Part shown: in pieces, positions 1-10,014 of the stretch
Layout of the letters: each line of letters opens with the position of its first letter
Position numbering within the stretch: position 1 is the first letter of the stretch
Assembly (NCBI GenBank): GCA_963837495.1
Contig: CAWINF010000001.1
Span: 2,138,397 to 2,202,396 of the forward strand
Direction: 5' to 3'
DNA from: an uncultured Acidobacteriota bacterium
GTDB lineage: Bacteria > Acidobacteriota > Thermoanaerobaculia > UBA5066 > Gp7-AA6
DNA length: 64,000 nucleotides
Position numbers and translations under genes: made by a program
The notes under the pieces: generated by a model
Databases searched by the model: none
Seen by the model: the letters and a program-made list of their open reading frames with translations, nothing else
Told to the model about the DNA's origin: nothing

Positions 1-748
1 GATTCGTCCTCTGACACGGTCCTCCGACAAGTCCATGGCGGACGAGGCGAACGCCGCCATCGAGTGGATCGAGCGCGGCGGATCGGGGAGTCCGGCCGCG
101 ATCAGAGGGAGCGGCTCCCGCGGGTCCGCCCCGCCCGCGCCCGCGGCATCCGGGACGACGACCGCCCGCGCCGACGCGGCCCCGCGCGGCGGCTCCGCGC
201 CCGCGGCCGGAGAGCAGCGCGGCCTGGCCGTGCTGCGCGAGCGCCATCTCGAGTTCGACGAGCCGAGTTTCTACCGCGCTCTGTCCGACGCCGACGTCGA
301 GGCGGTCCGCGCCTACCTGGACGGCGGGATGTCCGCCAGACACGTGTTCGTGGACTCAAACCGGCGCTCGCCCCTGATGATCGTGTTCTTCGGCAGGCAG
401 GCCTGCGCCAATCCGGAAACGGGACGCGAGCTCGTCCGGCTGCTCCTCGATCGCGGCGCGGACGTGAACCAGCAGGACGAGAAGAAGAACACGGCACTGA
501 TGTTCGCGGCGGACGCCTGCGACCGCCAGACGCTGCGCCTGCTGCTCAAGGCGGGCGCAAAACTGAATGCGCGCAACTGGGCGAACCTGACCGCGCTCGA
601 GATGGGGATCGTCTCCGGCAACCCCGGCCTCGAAGAGCTCATCGCCGCCGGCGCCCGCCTGGACGCCGCCAAGGCGAAGGCCTACGCCGAAGCCTACAAG
701 AAGAATCCCAGGGCGCTGGCCCTGATCAAGAGAGCGTCGGCGCCTTAG
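1..748 (+). CDS. Ankyrin-repeat protein, probably 5'-partial
   Basis: Ankyrin motifs (SPLMIV..LVRLLLDRGADVN; TALMFAA..LRLLLKAGAKLN; TALEMG). The frame is open from the window edge to ATG 35. Confidence 0.8.
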   Translation, partial: IRPLTRSSDKSMADEANAAIEWIERGGSGSPAAIRGSGSRGSAPPAPAASGTTTARADAAPRGGSAPAAGEQRGLAVLRERHLEFDEPSFYRALSDADVEAVRAYLDGGMSARHVFVDSNRRSPLMIVFFGRQACANPETGRELVRLLLDRGADVNQQDEKKNTALMFAADACDRQTLRLLLKAGAKLNARNWANLTALEMGIVSGNPGLEELIAAGARLDAAKAKAYAEAYKKNPRALALIKRASAP

Positions 749-973
749 GGCCGGGCGGATGGCTGGATGATTGCCGCCAGGGACGTTTCTGGCACGACTG
801 ATTGGATTTCGAGACCGACCTGAACCTGGACATCGTCTGTCCTGGCAGACGGCAGCGATGGACATTCTGCTTTGCCTGATTCGCGACTGCCCGGGAGCAT
901 CGATTACTTGCGCGACCACGCCGCTTGAGATTGTCTCCAGTTCGCCACCCGGTTGCGAAGGACCTGCGAGGGC

Positions 974-1028
974 AGATCCTTCCTTCGTCGCCTAACTCCT
1001 CAGGACCGCTCCGCTCCTCAGGATGACA
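974..1028. repeat. REP-like element (..CTCAGGATGACA family) with internal duplication
   Basis: AGATCCTTCCTTCGTCG...CTCCTCAGGATGACA; shares ends with copies at 14178, 37784 and 43445-43533. It lies between convergent genes. Confidence 0.65.
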
Positions 1029-1046
1029 GGGATTGAATCAAGGCTG

Positions 1047-2186
1047 CTAAATCTGGCTGTCGGGGTTTCCGCCGAGTTGGTAGAGGCGGAGGTCGTTGCC
1101 GCACTGGACGCCGACCTGTGCGGACGGGGCGATGAGGGAGCTTTTCGCCTTGGCGTTGTAGACGGTGCAGTTCTCGATCCAGCCGCCGCAGTCCATGGTG
1201 ACGAGGAGGCGGCCGTTGGGGAGGTGGTCCACGAGGAGGCGGGCGTGGTGGGTGTGTCCGATGACGTAGACGTGATGGTCCTCGAGATGGTTCTGCTCGC
1301 CGGTGAAGATCTTGTCGCCGAAGGTCAGGTAGCTCGCGTGCTCGAAGTCGTTGCGGATGCCCTCGCCGTGGAGGAAGCGCCTCAGGTCGAGGAAGGTCGT
1401 GCTCTGGCCTTCGGTTGTCGCGATGTCGGCCGCCTGCAGGATCAGGCGAGCGCCGTCGGGGGTGACGGTCGGCGGCGGGAAGTCGGGCGGGTAATGGAGC
1501 TTCTCGCGGAGTGTCAGGTAGCCGTTTAGCTTCTTCATCGTCGCCGGGGCGAACGGACCGATCGGGTGGGTGGCGGGCTTGATCTTCGGGAGTATGCCGA
1601 CCAGCTCGGCCTTGACGTCGTCGGGCAGGATCCGCTCGATGTTGTCGTAGCGGTGGCCGTGCGTCAGGAGGATGTTGGTCCCGGCGGCATTCAGCACCGG
1701 CGCCGACGGAGGAATGCCTCCGGCGGCCTCGACCTCGGCGAGCCAGGCGTCGTGATTTCCTCGGATGTATTTCGTCCCGAGCGCGTCGAGACGGTCCGCC
1801 AGGCCGTGGACGTCCGGATCCTCGCGCACGCGGTCGTAGGCGGCGCGGACGTCGGGGTCGTCCTTGGTCATCTCCCGCCACAGATCGAACCGGTCGCCGA
1901 GCTGGTACACCTCCATGGCCTCATTCGCGTCCTGGAACTTTTCCAGGATCCCCAGCAGGGCAGCGAACATCGCCGTGCCGTTCTTCAAGAGCCGGTTGCC
2001 AGTGAACTGATAGCCCCCCGTGTACCGCTGCAGGCACGCGCGGCTCATCCAGTGGAAGTCGGGCAGGAAGACTCGCAGGGTGGTCTCCGTAAATTCCAGT
2101 CCGTCATCGGCAAACCGCGCGACCAGGTGCACCTGGTTCGGGAAGGCCTGCAGCAACTCGTTCAGGAAGGAATCGTGGCTTGCCAT
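1047..2186 (-). CDS. Calcineurin-like metallophosphoesterase (LpxH-like)
   Basis: All metal motifs present: PDFH, LGDRFDLW, RGNHD, THGHRYD, GHTH. Confidence 0.85.
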   Translation of the reverse strand: MASHDSFLNELLQAFPNQVHLVARFADDGLEFTETTLRVFLPDFHWMSRACLQRYTGGYQFTGNRLLKNGTAMFAALLGILEKFQDANEAMEVYQLGDRFDLWREMTKDDPDVRAAYDRVREDPDVHGLADRLDALGTKYIRGNHDAWLAEVEAAGGIPPSAPVLNAAGTNILLTHGHRYDNIERILPDDVKAELVGILPKIKPATHPIGPFAPATMKKLNGYLTLREKLHYPPDFPPPTVTPDGARLILQAADIATTEGQSTTFLDLRRFLHGEGIRNDFEHASYLTFGDKIFTGEQNHLEDHHVYVIGHTHHARLLVDHLPNGRLLVTMDCGGWIENCTVYNAKAKSSLIAPSAQVGVQCGNDLRLYQLGGNPDSQI

Positions 2187-2305
2187 GGAGTGGTCCTCCT
2201 CGAGGACACATTCTAGAGTCGCGGCTCAACGCGCTCGAAGCTAGAATCGGAGCCAGGTAACGAAGAAGCCCTTCCTCGGGGGAGTCGTCCGGCGCTTGCC
2301 GTCGC

Positions 2306-2340
2306 TTGCATTGTGTGCATGCAGCGCATACAATCCTTGC
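2306..2340 (+). promoter_or_regulatory. sigma70 promoter and operator of vapBC, probably leaderless
   Basis: TTGCAT-N17-TACAAT, then 6 nt to ATG 2341. TGCATGCA palindromes lie in the spacer and over the start codon. Confidence 0.65.
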
Positions 2341-2583
2341 ATGCAATATACGGTACGAGGCATTTCGGACGCGATGGACAAGGCCATTCGGCGGCGGGCA
2401 CGCGAGAAGGGAAAAAGCCTGAACGAGGTGGCGGTCGAGGCGCTGGCCGAGGGCCTGGGGTTGGGTGAGGAAGAGGTCGTGCGCCGCGACCTGTCCGACA
2501 TCCTCGGAACCTGGAGGAAGGAGGCCTCGGTTGAGAATGCGCTCGCGGCGCAGGACGTCGTGGACGAGGCTCTCTGGAGGTGA
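2341..2583 (+). CDS. vapB: Ribbon-helix-helix antitoxin (FitA/VapB-like)
   Basis: MQYTVRGI..AIRRRAREKGKSLNEVAVEAL RHH pattern; GTGA overlap with the PIN toxin gene. Confidence 0.8.
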   Translation: MQYTVRGISDAMDKAIRRRAREKGKSLNEVAVEALAEGLGLGEEEVVRRDLSDILGTWRKEASVENALAAQDVVDEALWR

Positions 2584-2963
2584 GGCTCGCGCTCGACACA
2601 AATCGCTACGTGGACCTTTGCAAGGGCGCGGAGGATACGGCGCGGCTCGTGGCATCGGCGGAGGAGGTGTTGCTGCCTTTTGTCGTCGTGGGGGAGCTCC
2701 GCGCGGGCTTCGCGCTCGGCCGCCGGAACGCGGAGAACGAGCGCGTTTTGCGTCGGTTTCTAATGAAGGACGGAGTCGGTGTGCTCTTCGCCGACGATCA
2801 AACCACGGTTCACTACGCTAGCGTTTTCCGGCAATTACGAGTCCAGGGCACGCCGATTCCCACCAACGACATCTGGCTCTCGGCCCTCGTCCTGCAACAC
2901 AACCTCGCCCTTCACGACCGCGATCGCCATTTCGACCATCTCCCTCAGATCGTTCGGGTCTGA
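2580..2963 (+). CDS. vapC: PIN-domain toxin VapC
   Basis: LDTN..VVGEL..PIPTNDIWLSA..DRHF acidic tetrad; 127 aa. Confidence 0.92.
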   Translation: MRLALDTNRYVDLCKGAEDTARLVASAEEVLLPFVVVGELRAGFALGRRNAENERVLRRFLMKDGVGVLFADDQTTVHYASVFRQLRVQGTPIPTNDIWLSALVLQHNLALHDRDRHFDHLPQIVRV

Positions 2964-3033
2964 GAGGAACCGGTTTCGCTCCGTCAGCCGGGAGTGAGAG
3001 CGACACCCGGGTTGATCGGCCAGTTAGGCTTCC

Positions 3034-5091
3034 TCACCAAACTTCACAGCGGAGCGATTCGGGACGCACCATGGGAGCGTCGGGCTTGCAGGAGAAGGCT
3101 TTCCGGAATTCGGGCAGGTTGGAGAGCGGGCCGATGACGCGGTACCTGGCGATCGGGTGCGGGTCGCCCTGCACCATCGTGCGGGCGGCCTCGGGGCGGA
3201 TCGCGTCGCCGCGGAACTGGCCCCAGGCGATGAAGAATTCCTGGTCGGGGGTGAAGCCGTCCGCGCCCGGCAGGGCCGACTTTCCTTTCCGGGAGATCTG
3301 GAAGGCGCGGTAGGCGATCCGGGCGCCGGCGAGGTCGCCGATGGACTCGCCCAGCACGAGCTTTCCGTTGTGGTGGATGCCCGGCTCGATGAAATAGCCG
3401 TCGAACTGTTTGACGACGCAGGCGCCTTTCTCCTGGAACTTCCTCAAGTCTTCCGCGGTCCACCAGTTGTCCAGGCGCCCCTGCGCATCGTACTGCGCGC
3501 CCTGGTCGTCGAAGCCGTGACTGATCTCGTGGCCGATGACGACGCCGATCGCGCCGTAGTTGACGGCGTCCGCGGCGTTCAAATCGAACGCCGGCGGCTG
3601 GAGGATGCCGGCGGGGAAGACGATCTCGTTTAAGAGCGGGTTGTAGTACGCGTCGGAGGTCGGCGGCGTCAGGTCCCAGCGCCCGCGGTCCACGGGCTTG
3701 CCGATCGTCGCGAGGTTATCGGCGACGTTGAACCCGCGGCCGGCCAGGACGTCCTCCCAGTACGACTCGCGCCCGATCGCGACCTTGCTGTAATCCTTCC
3801 ACTTGTCGGGATAGCCGATCTTCGGATTGAAGGTCGAGAGCTTCTCGAGCGCGCGCTTCTTCGTCTCCGGGCTCATCCAGTCGAGCCCCTCGATCGTCTC
3901 CTTCATCGCGGCGAGCAGGTTCCCGACCAGCTCCTGCATGCGGGCCTTCGCCTCGGGCGGGAAATATTTCTCGACGTACTTCTTTCCGAGCGCCTCGCCG
4001 AGGAGCCGGTCCGCCGATTCCGAGCAGCGCTTCCAGCGCGGCTTCATCTCCTTCGCGCCGGACAGGTACGCGCCGTGGAAGGCGAAGTCCTCCCGGACGA
4101 AGGCGTCCGACAGGAAGGGGGCCGCGGAATTCAGCACGTGCCACTTCAGGTACGTCTTCCAGTCCCGGATCGGAAGGACCTTCAGCTCGCGTTCGAGCTC
4201 GGCGAGGAACTTCGGCTCGGCCACGTTGACGTCGCCGATCTTCGGCGGCTCTTCGGTCCCGCGGGCATCGCGCGTCAGGCGGAGGCGGTGGTAGTAGGCC
4301 GTCCAGTTGAAGTCGGGCGTGAGCCTCTGGAGGTCGGCAAACGACATCTTGTGGTCGGTCGCCCTGGGGTCCCGCAGGGCCACGTTGTCGAGAGAGGCCT
4401 TCGCGAGCGCCGTCTCCATGCTGAGAACCGCGCCCGCCGCGGACTTCGCTGCGGCTTCGCTCTCGCCGGCCAGCCGGAAGATCGCGGCGACGTGGGCGCG
4501 ATACTTCTCGCGGGCCTCCTGGAAGCGCGCTTCCGGCTTGACGTAATAGTCGCGGTCGGGCATCCCAAGGCCGCCCGCAGCGACCTGGGCGATGACATCG
4601 TTGGGGTTGTGATTGTCGGAGTCCCCGTAGAGCACGAAGGGGACGCGGATTCCGATCACGTGCAGGCGCGAGATCACCGCGCGCAGGCCGGCGGCGTTCT
4701 TCAGAGCGGCGATGTCGGCCAGGAGGGGCTCGATCGGCCGGGCGCCGAGCCGCTCCGCCTTCTCCTCGTCCATGCACGCGCCGTAGAAGTCGCCGATCAG
4801 CTGCTCGACGCTCCCCTTGGGCGTGTCCTTTTGGGCCGCGGCTTCCTCGAGGATCTCCTTCAACTGCTCCTTGTTCTTCTCGCCGGCCTCCCAGCGCCGG
4901 CTCCAGCGGGACATGGAGGCGGGTATGGGGTTGTTCGCCCTCCAGGATCCGTTGGCGAACTCGTAGAAGTCCACGCACGGGTCCGCGCTGCGGCTCAAGT
5001 CCGCCGTCTCGATCCCCTTCTGCGGCGAATCGGGCGAGGGCGCGGTGGCGAGCAGGGCGGCGAGGCAGGTCAGGATTCTGGCGAAGCGCAT
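3034..5091 (-). CDS. Secreted M13 (neprilysin/PepO) zinc metallopeptidase
   Basis: DPCVDFYEFANG, VIGHEISHGFDDQG and GESIGDLAG motifs; signal peptide; GGAG RBS before ATG 5091. Confidence 0.95.
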   Translation of the reverse strand: MRFARILTCLAALLATAPSPDSPQKGIETADLSRSADPCVDFYEFANGSWRANNPIPASMSRWSRRWEAGEKNKEQLKEILEEAAAQKDTPKGSVEQLIGDFYGACMDEEKAERLGARPIEPLLADIAALKNAAGLRAVISRLHVIGIRVPFVLYGDSDNHNPNDVIAQVAAGGLGMPDRDYYVKPEARFQEAREKYRAHVAAIFRLAGESEAAAKSAAGAVLSMETALAKASLDNVALRDPRATDHKMSFADLQRLTPDFNWTAYYHRLRLTRDARGTEEPPKIGDVNVAEPKFLAELERELKVLPIRDWKTYLKWHVLNSAAPFLSDAFVREDFAFHGAYLSGAKEMKPRWKRCSESADRLLGEALGKKYVEKYFPPEAKARMQELVGNLLAAMKETIEGLDWMSPETKKRALEKLSTFNPKIGYPDKWKDYSKVAIGRESYWEDVLAGRGFNVADNLATIGKPVDRGRWDLTPPTSDAYYNPLLNEIVFPAGILQPPAFDLNAADAVNYGAIGVVIGHEISHGFDDQGAQYDAQGRLDNWWTAEDLRKFQEKGACVVKQFDGYFIEPGIHHNGKLVLGESIGDLAGARIAYRAFQISRKGKSALPGADGFTPDQEFFIAWGQFRGDAIRPEAARTMVQGDPHPIARYRVIGPLSNLPEFRKAFSCKPDAPMVRPESLRCEVW

Positions 5092-5314
5092 GTCGGCTCC
5101 TTCGAAGACCGGGCCGTTTGCGGCCGGCGCGCGCAAGGATAAACTGAAGCGGCGCCTGTTTGCTGGTCAGATTCACGATGCCGCGCAACAGGAAGCCGTT
5201 CGAACGATCGAGGACGCCATCGCGCGAGCCCGAAAGAGATCCGGAGAGTGGGGTGACTCAGGACCAAGCGTCGTAACACCGAAGCGGCGAGGCGCGGAAG
5301 AGGAGGAGGAATCG

Positions 5315-5731
5315 ATGGCCAAAGGAGACAGTGCAGCGGCGGATCCTCTCGCTCCCGCCGGCGGCGCCAAGCGCGTCGTTGTCGGGATCAAGGTCAAGTT
5401 CGAGTTGAACTCGAAGAACGGACTGCGTCGGGTCCTGTTCGGGCTCGAGAAGGACATGCAGGGTGACGACGTCGAGTGGAAGATCCACTTCGAGTTGTTC
5501 GAACGTGACAAGAAGTCGGATCCGTATACCGATCCTCTGGTGAGCCTGGACCTCGAGGTAGACACCAGATTGAACAGTAAGGCGGAAGTCACGGCGCACG
5601 ACGGGCTGACCCCGCCGCAGGCGGCCCATGCCCTCGGGCCGGCGGCCGACGACGCGAAGGGAACGATCACCGGCGAAGTGGACGAGGACGACGCGAAGGA
5701 CACCGTACAGGCCACCCTGAAGAAGAAGTGA
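5315..5731 (+). CDS. Hypothetical acidic protein, 138 aa, first gene of a 4-gene operon
   Basis: Strong RBS (GAGGAGGAGGA) before ATG 5315; no signal peptide; GTGA overlap with the next gene. Confidence 0.75.
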   Translation: MAKGDSAAADPLAPAGGAKRVVVGIKVKFELNSKNGLRRVLFGLEKDMQGDDVEWKIHFELFERDKKSDPYTDPLVSLDLEVDTRLNSKAEVTAHDGLTPPQAAHALGPAADDAKGTITGEVDEDDAKDTVQATLKKK

Positions 5732-7824
5732 CCCGGCTTCTCACAAAGTCGGCCCTGCCGGCTTTGTTGCTCGGGATCTCTCTCTGCGCGCGCGCGGAGG
5801 AGCCGGCCGTCCGGCTGTCCGGAGGCTGTCCGGCGGGGACGGACTTCGAGAAGGCCGGCTATGCGATCCGGTCCGCCCGCGTCCAGGGGCCGTTTCTCTT
5901 CCTGCGCTGGGTGCGCGCGAGACTCGAAGACGCCCGGCGGGACGTGTCCGGCCTCGCGGGCCGGCCCTATCGCACGGCGGATGTCCTCCGGATGGCGCAG
6001 GAGCTGGAGGATTCCAATTTTCTCCCCGACATGGTCGAGCGGCGCGTTCGGTTCTCGCTCGTCGTCACGTCCGTCGAGAACTGCTCGGGCCGCGAGCTGG
6101 ACCTGGTCTATACCGTCTTCTCCTCCCAGATCGCTCCGGTCCTGAGCGGCACCTTCGAGTCGCGCAAGGCGGAGAAGGCCGAGCCGCAGCGGGCCGCCGG
6201 CGCCGATGAGATCACGGGCCGGCTGCGAATCTCGCCATCCGCGGGTTATGACCGTTCCGAGAGGCTGTTTGGCGGAGGCCGCCTGGAATATCGCCTCTCC
6301 GGCGGCCCGAATTTCGCGTCTTTCGATTCGCTCGAGGTGGAAGGCCTCGGATCCACTTCCATGCACCGGCTCTCCGCGGCGCTGTCGGGCGCAAGGAACG
6401 CGGCCGCCGGCCTCTTCGCGCACGCGGACTGGGAGTTGAACTACTGGAACTCGTCGGAGCCGAGCGATCAGTCCCGGTTGCGGAAGAGCCGGCTCGCGGC
6501 GCAGTTCTCGGCCCTGACGCGGCCCCTCGGAAAGTGGCGGCTGCCGGTGCGCCTGGGAGGCATGGCGGAAGGAGGAAGACTCGAGAGCGACTTTCGCGCG
6601 GCGTCTCTCCCGCAATCCACGGTCCCGACGAGCGACTATGGGGCGGCGAAACTCTTCCTGGGCACCACCACGCGACTGGATCACAACGTCCTGGCGGCTT
6701 CTTATGGAATCGAGCTGGGCTCCACCCTTTCGAGCGGACGGGTGGACTGGATCAAGCACGTCGGCGATCTCGCGCACGATCTCGTGGTTCCGGTCGGCGA
6801 TCACCGGTCTCTCGAGATCGAGTCACGGCTCACGGCGGGTCTCCTCCAGGCTCGCGGATCCGTGCCCGCCACGGCCCTTTTCTTCGGGGGAAATCGCGAG
6901 GAGCCCTTCATTGCCGGCGAGGCCTGGACCATCCGGAGCAACCCCGTCATCCGCAGCATCCCGGCGAACCGGTTCAACCTGACCTCCGCCGGTCCGGGGG
7001 CCACGCGATTCGTCGCCTACAACATGACCGCCTCCGTCCCTGTCTGGCGCCGGCCCATCGTCCCGCCGGAGCTGTCGCGAGATAAAGAGTTCGCCCAGCA
7101 ATTGAGGGGGCAGATAAAGACCGCCACCAGTTTCGTGCAGACGGACGAGGAGGCGAAGGATCCGCATTTCCAGGCCGCGGCAGCCAGAGTTGGCGACGTT
7201 CGGGCCGCGCTGGCCAGACTGGAAGCGGCCGTCGCCGCGGCCGCGGCGGCCCGGCCGGGCCAGTTTCCGGAGCTCTTCGCGGCTTGCACCAAAACGATCC
7301 GGAGAGCCGACGGCAGGGCTCAGGCCGCGGCGCGATCGAAGGCCGGGGAGCAAGTCGGCAACCTTGCTTCGCTCCTGGCCGTGGATGAGGACTGGCTCAA
7401 CAGGGTCGATGCCGCCTGCGCTACGGACCTGAACGCGAAAATCGGCGACGCCGCGATCGCGGAAAGCGGCGAAAGCCTGCGGCGGATCCATGGAGATCTG
7501 GAGCGGGAATTCTCGCTCATCGACCGGCCCTCGGCTTCGCGGCAGGCCGAGGCGGAGATGGCGTATGTTAGGCGGACATTGAATGCGTTGATCTACGACC
7601 TGAACGTTCTCTCCGTCGGGCCGGCCGTCGGATTCGACTTCGCCCATATCGGCCCCGCCGACTCGCGGCTGGGGACGCGATACGGGATCGGAGGCGGCCT
7701 GCGGGTCACCCTCGTCAACAGCACGGACCTCACGGTCGGGTACTTCGCGAACCCCAAGCGCCTCTCCAACGAGTCTTCGGGAGCGTTCTTCGTCTCCGTG
7801 CGGTTCAAGGACCTGCTTGAGTAG
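5728..7824 (+). CDS. Omp85/BamA-TamA superfamily outer-membrane barrel with POTRA-like N-domain and large helical insertion
   Basis: Signal peptide; POTRA-like segment; strand-1-like SAGYDRSERLFGGGRLEY; L6-like VP..LFFGG...VIRSI; FDFAHIG; RYGIGGGLR; terminal FFVSVRF strand. Confidence 0.65.
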   Translation: MTRLLTKSALPALLLGISLCARAEEPAVRLSGGCPAGTDFEKAGYAIRSARVQGPFLFLRWVRARLEDARRDVSGLAGRPYRTADVLRMAQELEDSNFLPDMVERRVRFSLVVTSVENCSGRELDLVYTVFSSQIAPVLSGTFESRKAEKAEPQRAAGADEITGRLRISPSAGYDRSERLFGGGRLEYRLSGGPNFASFDSLEVEGLGSTSMHRLSAALSGARNAAAGLFAHADWELNYWNSSEPSDQSRLRKSRLAAQFSALTRPLGKWRLPVRLGGMAEGGRLESDFRAASLPQSTVPTSDYGAAKLFLGTTTRLDHNVLAASYGIELGSTLSSGRVDWIKHVGDLAHDLVVPVGDHRSLEIESRLTAGLLQARGSVPATALFFGGNREEPFIAGEAWTIRSNPVIRSIPANRFNLTSAGPGATRFVAYNMTASVPVWRRPIVPPELSRDKEFAQQLRGQIKTATSFVQTDEEAKDPHFQAAAARVGDVRAALARLEAAVAAAAAARPGQFPELFAACTKTIRRADGRAQAAARSKAGEQVGNLASLLAVDEDWLNRVDAACATDLNAKIGDAAIAESGESLRRIHGDLEREFSLIDRPSASRQAEAEMAYVRRTLNALIYDLNVLSVGPAVGFDFAHIGPADSRLGTRYGIGGGLRVTLVNSTDLTVGYFANPKRLSNESSGAFFVSVRFKDLLE

Positions 7825-9970
7825 GGCCGGAGCCCTCCTGTGTCTGGGAGCGGCGCTGTCTGTCGGTTGCGCCACGGGAGGCTGGCTGACCGTGCCGGGA
7901 TACAAGAGCGAGCCCGCGGCGCCGGCGGGACATCTGCTCGTCGGCGCCGCGAGCGTGGACATCACTCCGCCGCCCGGTTATCCGATGGGCGGCCACTCGA
8001 TCGGCGGGCGCTTCTCCCGCGGCCACTGGATGCGCCTGCGGGCGAGGGCCTTCTACTTCCGCGACGTGGAAGGCTCGAGCGTGGCGCTGGTCTCGTGCGA
8101 CCTGTACGCGATTCCCGCGGGCCTCCAGCAGGGGGTCGCCTCGAGGCTGCATCATCCCAAGAAGGACGAGACGGCCGTCGCCGATATCTCGCGGGAGAAC
8201 CTGATCCTGGTCGCGACGCATACCCATCAGGGCCCCGCCAACTACATGAGCAACGAGTTCTACAACGCCTATTCCTCACCCTATCCCGGGTTCGATCAGG
8301 ACCTTTTCGACGCTCTGGTGCAGAAGATTGCCGCGGCCGTCGCCGGCGCGGTGAAGGCGGCTACCGATCATCCCGAGGGCGCGGAGCTCATCGTGACGAC
8401 CGCCCCGGTTCTAACCTTGCTTCGCAACCGCGCCATCGAGGCGTTCAAGCAGAACCCGGAGGACGTGCAGGACGCGGTCCTCAAGGACGGTCCCAAACCG
8501 CCCATTCCCGTGGCTTGCACGACCCCGCGGCCGGACATCTGCCTGCGCTACGGCGCTGTTGACCCCGCATTCACAGTGCTCGCGGCGAAGCGCCCGGACG
8601 GCGCGGTCGCGGCGCTCCTGGTGTTCGGCGCCGTCCACCCGACCGTTCTCTCGCATGACGTGTCGTTCTATTCCCCCGACCTCGCGGGGTTCGCCATGCG
8701 CGAGCTCGAATGCTCGAGCGTCTCGTGGCCCAGATCGCCGGAGATGGTCGCGGGTTTCTTCAACGGGGCGGAAGGCGATGTCTCGCCCAGATGGAACCGG
8801 CGTGACATCGACGAGGTCTACGAGCTGGGGGGTCGGCTCGCCAGGAGCGTCGCGGACTCCGTCGCCGCCGGCGATCCTCACGGAGAGGGAGACTCGGTCC
8901 GCATCCGGGCGGTGCGCCGCGTGGCGGAGCAATTCTCTTTCTGTCACAGCTGGCCGGTGCCGGGGGTGGGGACGCTCGGAGGCGCGGAAGACGGCAGGTT
9001 CGTCAGCTTTGACATGGGCTGGCGGTCGCCTTATCGCATGCCGCTGGACGAGAAGAAGCACCCGATAAAGAAGATCCTGCGCTGGCTTCGATCTCCAAAC
9101 CAGGGAGTCAAGCAGCCGGGGTTCGAGCTCTCGAGCACGCCGTTTATCGACATCACGCATTCTCTCGCCCCGCCGCAGCACTTCCCGTCGGAGGTGCCCG
9201 TCACGGTCGTTCGCCTGGGAAGCCTTGCGTTGATAGCGATGCCGGCGGAGCTAACGACCGCCATGGGCCGCGAACTGAAAGAGCAATTGCAATCCGAGCT
9301 GAAATCGCTGCGCCCGATCATTCTGGGCCTGGCCAACGAGTACCTCGAGTATGTGACCACGGCGGCGGAGTACGACGCTCAGGAGTACGAGGGCGGCTCG
9401 ACGCTCTTCGGCCCGGGCACGGGCAAGTGTTACCTCGATCTGCTGCGCGGCGCGGCGGCGGCCCTGGACGTTCCCGCGCCGCAAACCCGCGCAACCCGTG
9501 TTCCCAGGGCGGTATTTGAACCGGGCCCGAAACCCGTCATGAGAGCCAGTTTCGGCCCCGGATACTGGGGCGCAAACACCGAGTACATCGACCAGGAGGT
9601 CAAGAGCCCATTCGCGACGGCAGCCCGCATGGAGCGCGACCTGTGGCCGCGCTTCGATTGGGCAGAGGAGAAGCACGCGGACAAGCGCGTCGTTCTCCTG
9701 GCCAGACAGGCAGGCGTGTGGTCCCCCGAAGAAGACGACGACGGGCCGCACCCGGCTCTCGCCACCTTCCTGGCAAACGGCAGGGCCGGGAAGAGGAGAT
9801 GGAGCGCGGTCTGGTTTCCTCGCGCCGGATACGACGAGTCGGTGATCCATGTCTTCAAGGTCGAGACGGAGGAACATGACCCCCGTTGCTCCGAACAGTT
9901 CACCATCGGCGACATCCGTGCGGGCCGCGTTCCTTTGCCGCTCCCCGCGAGCGCAACCTGCCCGCCCTGA
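7817..9970 (+). CDS. Neutral/alkaline ceramidase family lipoprotein
   Basis: Lipobox LSVGC; DITPP.GYPMGG, ARAF, ATHTHQGP, VHPT, NGAEGDVSPR and YEGGSTLFGP motifs. Confidence 0.88.
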   Translation: MSRAGALLCLGAALSVGCATGGWLTVPGYKSEPAAPAGHLLVGAASVDITPPPGYPMGGHSIGGRFSRGHWMRLRARAFYFRDVEGSSVALVSCDLYAIPAGLQQGVASRLHHPKKDETAVADISRENLILVATHTHQGPANYMSNEFYNAYSSPYPGFDQDLFDALVQKIAAAVAGAVKAATDHPEGAELIVTTAPVLTLLRNRAIEAFKQNPEDVQDAVLKDGPKPPIPVACTTPRPDICLRYGAVDPAFTVLAAKRPDGAVAALLVFGAVHPTVLSHDVSFYSPDLAGFAMRELECSSVSWPRSPEMVAGFFNGAEGDVSPRWNRRDIDEVYELGGRLARSVADSVAAGDPHGEGDSVRIRAVRRVAEQFSFCHSWPVPGVGTLGGAEDGRFVSFDMGWRSPYRMPLDEKKHPIKKILRWLRSPNQGVKQPGFELSSTPFIDITHSLAPPQHFPSEVPVTVVRLGSLALIAMPAELTTAMGRELKEQLQSELKSLRPIILGLANEYLEYVTTAAEYDAQEYEGGSTLFGPGTGKCYLDLLRGAAAALDVPAPQTRATRVPRAVFEPGPKPVMRASFGPGYWGANTEYIDQEVKSPFATAARMERDLWPRFDWAEEKHADKRVVLLARQAGVWSPEEDDDGPHPALATFLANGRAGKRRWSAVWFPRAGYDESVIHVFKVETEEHDPRCSEQFTIGDIRAGRVPLPLPASATCPP

Positions 9971-10014
9971 GCACGCCCTCATGACTCCTGACGCGGAAAG
10001 AGTGAGGTTGGCCC

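Noticed and set aside
771-995. 74-aa ORF in the intergenic region after the ankyrin gene
   Set aside because: TTG start without an RBS, no motifs, and its end overlaps a REP-like element.
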